The notes beneath the pieces were generated by a model. It made no database searches. It was given only the letters and a program-made list of their open reading frames with translations, and was not told where the DNA came from. This document shows positions 35,823 to 42,359 of a stretch of DNA of 55,053 bases, in pieces; the stretch's first letter is position 1, and every line of letters begins with the position of its first letter. Origin of the DNA: an uncultured Polyangiaceae bacterium (GTDB lineage: Bacteria > Myxococcota_A > Polyangia > Palsa-1104). The stretch spans positions 1,203-56,255 of the forward strand of contig CAZPEY010000003.1 in assembly GCA_964585665.1 (NCBI GenBank), given 5' to 3'. Both the position numbers and the translations under genes were made by a program.

Positions 35823-36884
35823 ATGCTCTTCGCAGCGACGCGTCGCTGGTGTACGTTGAAGCGCACCAAGATGGCCGCGACGAATCCACGCTCCGCTGGG
35901 CTCTCCGTGCGGCGTGCTCTCCCGGACGACAAGCCCCGGATCATCGCCACCCTCGCCGAGTATCTGCCCACCCTCGACGCCGAGCAGCGCTGGCGGTGGC
36001 TGTACGAGACCAATCCGCACGGCCGAGCGATGACCTGGTTGGCGATCGAGGACAAGAGCGGCGAGGTCGCGGGCATCACCTCGTTCTTCGCGCGCCGCCT
36101 GATCGTCGACGGAGAGATCGTCGCCGGTGCCCTGGGTGGCGACGGCTACGTGCGCCCGGCGTTTCGTCGGCGGGGGCTCGGTGAGCGGATGCACGCCGCC
36201 TCGCGCGCCGACATGCCTGCGCTCGGCCTCGAGATCATGTTCGGTACGCCCATGCCCGCCAACCTGACGCCGCTGACCAAGGCCGGCGCCCGCTCGATCG
36301 CCGAGACTGTTCGCTATGTCCGCCTGCTCGACGCTCGCGCCCTTGGGTTATCGCGGCCGTGGGGGCGGAATTTGCTGCGGCTCGCTTCGCTGCGCCAGCG
36401 CACGGCGCGCCTCGAGCCGATGCAGCCGAACGATCCGCGCGTCGACGAAGCCTGGCAACGCACCGTCGGGGAGCTGCGCATCGCGACCGTGCGCGACGCC
36501 GCCTTCTACACCTGGCGGTTTCTGCAGAGCCCATCGCAGCAGCAGCGTGGCTATGTCGTTCTCGATGGAGCGCGCGTCCTCGGTGCGTGCGCGCTGGAGC
36601 GCATGGGCGATCGTCTGCGCATCGTCGACCTGGTGGTGCCGCGCGGCGATCTGGGCGCCACCTTCGACGCGATCGAGCACGCCTTCCCCGACGTCGTCGG
36701 GCTGGAGCTCAAGCTGACCGACGCGCACGGGCGCGCGCTCGGCATCCACCGCCACGGCTTCTTCGCGCGCGGCGAGAAGCCGCTCAACCTGCTCCTGCCG
36801 CCGGGGGAGCCGCGCGCCGCCGTCTACTACGATCCCACCCGCTGGTACTTCTCGTGGGCCGATTCGGATATGGACCAGGCCTGA
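35823..36884 (+). CDS. GNAT family N-acetyltransferase
   Basis: Acetyl-CoA binding motif A, VRPAFRRRGLGERMH. ATG at 35871 (MAATNP) is an alternative and perhaps better start. Confidence 0.72.
   Translation: MLFAATRRWCTLKRTKMAATNPRSAGLSVRRALPDDKPRIIATLAEYLPTLDAEQRWRWLYETNPHGRAMTWLAIEDKSGEVAGITSFFARRLIVDGEIVAGALGGDGYVRPAFRRRGLGERMHAASRADMPALGLEIMFGTPMPANLTPLTKAGARSIAETVRYVRLLDARALGLSRPWGRNLLRLASLRQRTARLEPMQPNDPRVDEAWQRTVGELRIATVRDAAFYTWRFLQSPSQQQRGYVVLDGARVLGACALERMGDRLRIVDLVVPRGDLGATFDAIEHAFPDVVGLELKLTDAHGRALGIHRHGFFARGEKPLNLLLPPGEPRAAVYYDPTRWYFSWADSDMDQA
35833..35848. promoter_or_regulatory. Perfect 16-bp palindrome CAGCGACGCGTCGCTG, either a terminator-like hairpin or an operator
   Basis: Self-complementary (read directly). 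It lies 25 nt after the stop at 35808 and 23 nt before the ATG at 35871. Confidence 0.35.
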
Positions 36885-36933
36885 CCGCCGACGGCTGCGG
36901 GCCTCGTCCGCGCCGCTGCCCCTCGGGTGATCC

Positions 36934-36969
36934 TGTACGAAACTTGCGCAGTGTACGTCCGCTGCGCAG
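36934..36969 (+). promoter_or_regulatory. Copy 1 of a conserved bipartite intergenic element: TGTAC-N5-TTGCGCAG, a 10-nt loop, then CTGCGCAG
   Basis: tgtac (36934-36938), gaaac, ttgcgcag (36944-36951), tgtacgtccg, ctgcgcag (36962-36969). It lies about 100-130 bp upstream of the sigma-54 promoter at 37067. Confidence 0.5.
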
Positions 36970-37066
36970 CGCCGCCTGTGCCGACGATGCCGCACAGACT
37001 CGCACAGCGACGGAGCGAAGCGAGCCGCAATCCGAGTTGCCGTAGCGTCGTGCCCCGCTCGTTGCT

Positions 37067-37082
37067 TGGCACCTGCGTTGCT
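37067..37082 (+). promoter_or_regulatory. Sigma-54 (-24/-12) promoter, perfect core match
   Basis: TGGCAC (37067-37072), ctgcg, TTGCT (37078-37082). The predicted +1 is about 37093, and the Rieske gene ATG is at 37096. Confidence 0.7.
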
Positions 37083-37095
37083 TTGAAGGCGGCGC

Positions 37096-37734
37096 ATGAG
37101 CGACACCGAGCGTCCCGCCAAGCATCGCTGCCCCAACAGCGCGATTACTCGACGCAAGTTCTGCGCTGCCGCCGCCGTCGGCTCCGGCCTGGTCGTGCTC
37201 GCGGCCAACGGCTGCGAGTCACCCAACCCGCGGCTCTCGCTCGGCAACAACGTCGGTGACGATGAGCCGCTGCCGGATCCGAGCGTCGACGGCGGCAGCG
37301 AGGACTCGACCGACCTGGCGCAGTCCTCGTCGTCCAAGGACATGAAGAAGTCGAGCGACCTGTCCAAGCCTGCCGACCTCACCCAGCAGCCCGTCAACAA
37401 CTGCTCGGGCCTCGTCGAGTGCGGCGTCGCCGCCGACATCACCGATGGCAGCGCCAAGCGCTACACCGACAACTACAACTACGACTTCTTCGTCTGCCGC
37501 GACGCCGCTGGCCTCTACGCGCTGTCGTCGCTGTGCACGCACGACTACCGCCCGGTCAAGAAGCAGACGTCGCGCTTCTACTGCCCCTATCACGGCGCGA
37601 CCTTCGATCTCAACGGACAGAAGCCAACCAAGCCCGCGTACAAGGCGCTCGAGCACTACGCCGTGTGCGTCGACGCCAGCGGCAACGTGCAGGTCGACTA
37701 CAACACCGTCGTCGATCCGTCGACGCGCGCCTGA
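37096..37734 (+). CDS. Tat-exported Rieske [2Fe-2S] domain lipoprotein
   Basis: Twin-arginine signal ITRRKFCAAAAVG with lipobox-like LAANGC. A Ser/Asp-rich linker follows. The Rieske motif is CTHDYRP...FYCPYHGATF (CxH...CxxH). Confidence 0.85.
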   Translation: MSDTERPAKHRCPNSAITRRKFCAAAAVGSGLVVLAANGCESPNPRLSLGNNVGDDEPLPDPSVDGGSEDSTDLAQSSSSKDMKKSSDLSKPADLTQQPVNNCSGLVECGVAADITDGSAKRYTDNYNYDFFVCRDAAGLYALSSLCTHDYRPVKKQTSRFYCPYHGATFDLNGQKPTKPAYKALEHYAVCVDASGNVQVDYNTVVDPSTRA

Positions 37735-37763
37735 AGTTCTTGCGATCCCGAGGAGGAAGTCCG

Positions 37764-38264
37764 ATGCGTCCCCTGCTCGCTCCGCTCGCTGCTGCGCTCA
37801 CGCTCCTCTGCTCGACCTACGCTCCGGCCGAGGTCAAGCCGGGCTCGCGACCGCTCGACTTCCAAGGCAAGACCACCCAAGGCGAGCCGTTCCGCCTCGC
37901 GCAGCTCCGCGGCAAGGTCGTGCTGATCGACTTCTGGGCCTCGTGGTGCGAGCCCTGCAAGAAGGAGCTGCCGTTGCTGCACAAGATGGCGCAGCGGCTC
38001 CGCGGCCAGGGGATCGAGATCGTCACTATCAACATCGACGACGATCCCGCCAACGCACAGGCCTTCATGCGGCAGAAGCGGCTCGAAGGTCTGACCGTCG
38101 TCGCCGACACGGACAAGCACATCGTCGACAAGTTCGAGCCACCGAAGATGCCGTCGTCGTTCCTGCTCGACAAGAACGGCGTCGTGCGTGCCGTCAACGC
38201 CGGCTTCGACGAGGGCGATGAGGCCAAGCTCGAGCAGCAGCTCAAGGGCCTGGCCGACAAGTAG
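37764..38264 (+). CDS. TlpA-family periplasmic thiol:disulfide oxidoreductase (thioredoxin fold)
   Basis: AGGAGG precedes the ATG at 37764. Signal peptide present. The block GKVVLIDFWASWCEPCKKELP contains the CXXC active site. Confidence 0.9.
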   Translation: MRPLLAPLAAALTLLCSTYAPAEVKPGSRPLDFQGKTTQGEPFRLAQLRGKVVLIDFWASWCEPCKKELPLLHKMAQRLRGQGIEIVTINIDDDPANAQAFMRQKRLEGLTVVADTDKHIVDKFEPPKMPSSFLLDKNGVVRAVNAGFDEGDEAKLEQQLKGLADK

Positions 38265-38269
38265 CCCGC

Positions 38270-38836
38270 ATGCGCCTCGCCTCCCTCCCGATGCTCCTCG
38301 CCCTCAGCCTCGGCGCCTGCCAGTCCGTCGAGCCGGACACCGGCCTCGATCAGACCGCCATCGAGGAGTCGTTCGACTACAACCGCTTCGTCTGCGAGGC
38401 GCAGCCGGTCCTGATCCGACGCTGCTCGTTCCTCGCCTGCCACGGCGACGCCACCCACGCCTTTCGCGTCTACTCGGCGGGCAAGCTCCGCTTGACCCCG
38501 CCGACCAATCGCGACGAGCGCGACGCGCCGCTCACCGCCGACGAAGTCGAGCGCAACTATCTGTCGGCGGCGGGCGTCCTCCTCGGCGCGACCGTCACCG
38601 ATCGCGAGTCGCTCGCGCTCGAGCGCTTGCCGCTGCTGCGCAAGCCGCTCGCCGCGCGCTGGGGCGGCGATGAGCACGCCGGCGTCGCGATCTTCCCGGT
38701 GCCCCCGATCGAGTCGCCCTCCGACGATCCCGAGTGGTCCGCGCTGGTGGCGTGGACCGCTGGCTCACCGCTGCCCAAGCCACTGGCCACCGACTGCACC
38801 GACCTCTTCGACACCCTGGGACTTCAACCCCGATGA
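38270..38836 (+). CDS. Lipoprotein with a CX4CH motif (PSCyt-like segment)
   Basis: Lipobox LSLGAC. FVCEAQPVLIRRCSFLACHGD resembles a planctomycete-type cytochrome c N-terminal segment, but with four residues between Cys and Cys-His. Confidence 0.62.
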   Translation: MRLASLPMLLALSLGACQSVEPDTGLDQTAIEESFDYNRFVCEAQPVLIRRCSFLACHGDATHAFRVYSAGKLRLTPPTNRDERDAPLTADEVERNYLSAAGVLLGATVTDRESLALERLPLLRKPLAARWGGDEHAGVAIFPVPPIESPSDDPEWSALVAWTAGSPLPKPLATDCTDLFDTLGLQPR

Positions 38837-39060
38837 GACTGCTCCGCATGTTGCTCGCCGGCCTGGCGCTCGCGCTGTACTTGATCGCGCTCGAGGGCTG
38901 TGTGCCGGTCAAGCCCTACCAGCGCGAGATCTTGGCGCTGCCCACCATGACCTTCGGGCCCGATCCGCACGAGGATCTGCTCGACCTCCACATGCACGAG
39001 GCACGCGAAGGATCCGTCGGCGGCTACGGCTCGGCTGGCGGGGGCTGCGGCTGCAACTGA
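38833..39060 (+). CDS. DUF4266 family small lipoprotein
   Basis: The ATG overlaps the upstream stop (ATGA). Lipobox LIALEGC. The family-typical C-terminus is SAGGGCGCN. The upstream part of ORF 38734.. was trimmed. Confidence 0.8.
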   Translation: MRLLRMLLAGLALALYLIALEGCVPVKPYQREILALPTMTFGPDPHEDLLDLHMHEAREGSVGGYGSAGGGCGCN

Positions 39061-39062
39061 CG

Positions 39063-40142
39063 ATGCGCGCCCTCCTCTTCTGCGCCGTCGGCGCGCTCGT
39101 CCTTGTCGCGACGCCTCGCTCGGGGCGCGCTGACAACACGTTCGACGCCAAGACGCAGGTCTACGCCGACAGCGATCATACGGTGGTCGTCTCGCCGCTG
39201 GTCGCGATCAGCCGCGACGCCTGGCGCGGCGGCACGCTCTCGGCGAGCTACGTCGCAGACGTCGTCTCCTCCGCGTCGATCGACGTGGTGTCGAACGCCA
39301 CCAAGAAGATGGAGGACTTCCGCTCCGAGATCTCCGGCTCGATCTCGCAGAAGGTGCGCGGCACGACACTGTCGGCGAGCTACGTCTACTCGATCGAGCA
39401 CGACTACTCGTCGCACAACGCCAGCTTCGGCCTGTCGCAGGATCTGTTCCAGAAGAACACCACGCTCGCCCTCGGCGCGAGCTTCTCCTACAACGCCGTC
39501 GGGCGCGCCGGCGACCAGTCGTTCCATCGCTCGCTGTGGACCGCCGGTGCGAGCGCCTCGTGGACCCAGACGATCACGCGCAAGACGATCGCGCAGCTCA
39601 GCTACACCTTCTCGTACAACAACGGCTATCAGGCGAGCCCGTACCGCTGGGTGCGCATCTACAACAGCGACGCCAGCGACGTGCTCTACAAGGTCCCCGA
39701 GATCACGCCGGGCCTGCGCTATCGCCACGCGTTCGTCCTCGGCCTCAACCGCTTCCTCGGCAAGGGCACGTCGCTGCAGGGCGACTACCGCATCTACTTC
39801 GATGACTGGGGGCTCCTGTCGCACACGCTGCAGGCGCGCCTGTTCATCACGATCAAGGATCTGACCATCCGGCTGCGAGAGCGCTTCTACTACCAGCGCG
39901 GCGTCAACTTCTACCAGCCGTACTACCAGCAAGTGCAGCCGTACATGACCGCGGACCGTGAGCTGACGACGTTCGCGTCCAACCTCCTCGGGCTCAAGCT
40001 GATCTGGAAGCTGCCCTTCCTCGAGCGCGCGCTCGCCGCCGAGATCAAGGGTGACTTCCTCTACTTCCACTACAACGAGTTCCCGCTGCTCAACCGTCGC
40101 TACGGTGGCACCGCGGAGCTCGGGCTGAGCCTGGTGTACTGA
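39063..40142 (+). CDS. DUF3570 family outer-membrane beta-barrel protein
   Basis: Signal peptide MRALLFCAVGALVLVATPRSGRA. The sequence is Tyr/Ser-rich with alternating strands and ends in an aromatic residue (LSLVY). Sitting directly downstream of DUF4266 is the usual context for this family. Confidence 0.78.
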   Translation: MRALLFCAVGALVLVATPRSGRADNTFDAKTQVYADSDHTVVVSPLVAISRDAWRGGTLSASYVADVVSSASIDVVSNATKKMEDFRSEISGSISQKVRGTTLSASYVYSIEHDYSSHNASFGLSQDLFQKNTTLALGASFSYNAVGRAGDQSFHRSLWTAGASASWTQTITRKTIAQLSYTFSYNNGYQASPYRWVRIYNSDASDVLYKVPEITPGLRYRHAFVLGLNRFLGKGTSLQGDYRIYFDDWGLLSHTLQARLFITIKDLTIRLRERFYYQRGVNFYQPYYQQVQPYMTADRELTTFASNLLGLKLIWKLPFLERALAAEIKGDFLYFHYNEFPLLNRRYGGTAELGLSLVY

Positions 40143-41485
40143 TGGCACGCTGGCCCATCCACGCTCGCCCCTGGCTCGTCGCGACGCTCCTGCTCGGTCT
40201 GGTGGCGCACGCGCCGATCGCCCACGCCAAAGACGTCAGCCGCATCGTCTTCCTCGGCGTTGGCGGCACGGGTGGCGCGCCGTTCGCCGAGCTGCTCCTC
40301 CAGGATCTCTCCGACGCGTACACCGTCCTGTCGGGCGAGACCTATCGAAAGACGGCGCAGAAGCTCGGCCGCATGAGCGCCAACGAGGACGACGTACGCG
40401 CCGTCTGCGGCACGATCGGCGCCGATGCACTCGTCGCCGGCACGGTGCGCAGCGAGCCGGGCGGTCGCATCTTCCAGCTGTCGATCCGCGACGGCGTCAC
40501 GGGGCGCATCGTGCAGCGCATCCGCTACCCGCTGGTCGGGACGACGCTGCCGCAGATTCGCGACAAGGTCGTGTTCGATCTGGTGCGGCAGCTGTCGCGG
40601 CTGGATCAGCCCATCGGGCAACCCGGCGGTGACGATGAGAAGCCGCTCAAGTCGACCGCGCCGCCCGCCAACCAGCCCGACGCCGGCCAGGGCGGCGACG
40701 CCAGCGAGGGCGACGACGCGCCGCTCGTCACCCCTGCGACGACCAAGAAGGCGCCGTCGATCGATCGCACCTTCCGCGGCCTGCAGTTCGGCGTCGGCCC
40801 GTCGCTGACCACGCGCTCGCTGCGCTTCGACAACCTCGCCGCGCCCGGCTACTTCGGCGGCACCGTCTACGGGATCAAGGCGTACGTCGCGGTGTTTCCG
40901 ATCGCGCTGTCGGCAGAGCTCGCCAATGCTCACCCGGTGCTCTCGTCCTTCGGCGTCGAGGCCGAGTACGAGCGCGTCTTCCGCTTCACCTCGGACAACG
41001 GCCTGGTCGCCACCGACGGCAACGCCTCGCGCTGGATGGTGCGCTTCGTCGGCCGCATCCCGCTCGGCAGGGCGGCGCGCGGCGGCCATCTGTCGCTGCA
41101 GAGCGGCTACCAGCACCTGAGCTGGCACTCGAGCTCTCCGGCCGATCTGCGCGTCCCCAACGTCGACTACCGCCTCTTCGACGCCGGTCTCGCCTGGGAC
41201 AAGACGCTCGGCACGCGCTACGTCGTCCTGTCGCTGCGCCTCGGGGGCCTCGCCATGCTGTCGGGCGGCGGGATCACCTCGATCGAGGAGTACGGCTCGG
41301 CGCGCGGCGGGGGCCTCGACGCCTCGGCGAAGCTCGAGCTCAAGCCCAAGGACTGGCTGTCGCTGCGGCTCGGCGCGCAGTACACCGGCCTCTTCTTGCA
41401 GTTCGATGCGACGGGCGCGCGCTTCGCTCGCTCGGCCAAGGATCAGTTCGTCGCTGGCACGCTGGAGATTGGCTTTGCACTCTAA
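40142..41485 (+). CDS. Secreted protein with an N-terminal TolB-N/LpoB-like domain, a Pro/Asp-rich linker and a C-terminal predicted beta-barrel
   Basis: The ATG overlaps the upstream stop (TGATG). Signal peptide ...APIAHA. The C-terminal half has alternating strand patterns and ends in EIGFAL. Confidence 0.68.
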   Translation: MARWPIHARPWLVATLLLGLVAHAPIAHAKDVSRIVFLGVGGTGGAPFAELLLQDLSDAYTVLSGETYRKTAQKLGRMSANEDDVRAVCGTIGADALVAGTVRSEPGGRIFQLSIRDGVTGRIVQRIRYPLVGTTLPQIRDKVVFDLVRQLSRLDQPIGQPGGDDEKPLKSTAPPANQPDAGQGGDASEGDDAPLVTPATTKKAPSIDRTFRGLQFGVGPSLTTRSLRFDNLAAPGYFGGTVYGIKAYVAVFPIALSAELANAHPVLSSFGVEAEYERVFRFTSDNGLVATDGNASRWMVRFVGRIPLGRAARGGHLSLQSGYQHLSWHSSSPADLRVPNVDYRLFDAGLAWDKTLGTRYVVLSLRLGGLAMLSGGGITSIEEYGSARGGGLDASAKLELKPKDWLSLRLGAQYTGLFLQFDATGARFARSAKDQFVAGTLEIGFAL

Positions 41486-42359
41486 CCGTTCTCTCGTCGC
41501 GCTGCTGCTCGGGGCGCTCGTCACGGCGCCGGCGGCGGCGCACGCCTTCGAAGACTCGGGCCAGTTTCTCGCCGGCTCGCTCCCCCACGCTGCGACGCTC
41601 ACGTCGTCGTCCGAGGGCGTCTACTTCACCGGCGCGCCGCGCTTCGCCGGGCTCGACTGCAGCGCCTGCCACACCGAAGGACGCAAGGACATCGCGCTTC
41701 ACCTCGACGCCGACGACGGTTCCCTCTTCACCCGCGGCTACCAGCCCGGCCAGGTCTACGAGCTGGTGGTGCGCTTGCGGCGCGAGAGCGCCGGGCTCGA
41801 CTATTCGTCCCCGACCTGCACCGAGGTCTCGGCAGGCGACGCGTTCGTCCCGTGCAACAACAACAACTTCGCGCTCGAGATCGATCAGGAGCTCGGGCCG
41901 CTCGCCGGCCCGGGCGTCTTCTGCTCTCGCCCACCCGTCGACGGCAACTGCCCCTCCGCCGACGAGACGACCGACGAGGTGCTGATCGCCCCCGACGGCG
42001 ACGCGGTGTTCGGCAACCGCACGCACGACCCGGGGGACGACCGCATCGTCACCCGCAACGGCGCGACCTCGTGGCGGCTGTGGTGGACCGCTCCCCCCGA
42101 GGGTACGGGCCCGCTCAAGATCTTCATCGGCGCGGTCGACGGGAACGGCGGCGGCGGCACCGTCGACGACAACCAGGATCCGACGGGCGACGACACGGTG
42201 CGCGGCGTGATCGCGATCGGCGAAGCAGGCGCACCGCTCGACCTCAGCGCGGCGGCCGGCTGCCAGGTCGACGCCTCGCCCCAGCCCCCACCACCGTCGC
42301 TGCTCCTCGGCTTCGCCGCCCTCGTCCTGGCGCGGCGGCGGCGCCTCACTCGAAGGTGA
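41475..42359 (+). CDS. Monoheme (single CXXCH) secreted protein with a MYXO-CTERM-like sorting tail
   Basis: TTG at 41475 follows GGAG (41464-41467) and gives the signal peptide MHSNRSLVALLLGALVTAPAAAHA. ATG at 41406 is an alternative that would overlap the previous gene by 80 nt. The heme motif is LDCSACHTEG. Confidence 0.68.
   Translation: MHSNRSLVALLLGALVTAPAAAHAFEDSGQFLAGSLPHAATLTSSSEGVYFTGAPRFAGLDCSACHTEGRKDIALHLDADDGSLFTRGYQPGQVYELVVRLRRESAGLDYSSPTCTEVSAGDAFVPCNNNNFALEIDQELGPLAGPGVFCSRPPVDGNCPSADETTDEVLIAPDGDAVFGNRTHDPGDDRIVTRNGATSWRLWWTAPPEGTGPLKIFIGAVDGNGGGGTVDDNQDPTGDDTVRGVIAIGEAGAPLDLSAAAGCQVDASPQPPPPSLLLGFAALVLARRRRLTRR
42258..42356 (+). other. MYXO-CTERM-like C-terminal sorting signal
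   Basis: GCQVDASPQPPPPSLLLGFAALVLARRRRLTRR: Gly-Cys, a spacer, a hydrophobic helix and an Arg cluster. Confidence 0.7.

Noticed and set aside
36348-37457. 369-aa minus-strand ORF crossing the GNAT 3' end, the intergenic region and the Rieske 5' end
   Set aside because: It overlaps two motif-supported plus-strand genes and a promoter region, and its composition is Arg/Ser/Ala-rich.
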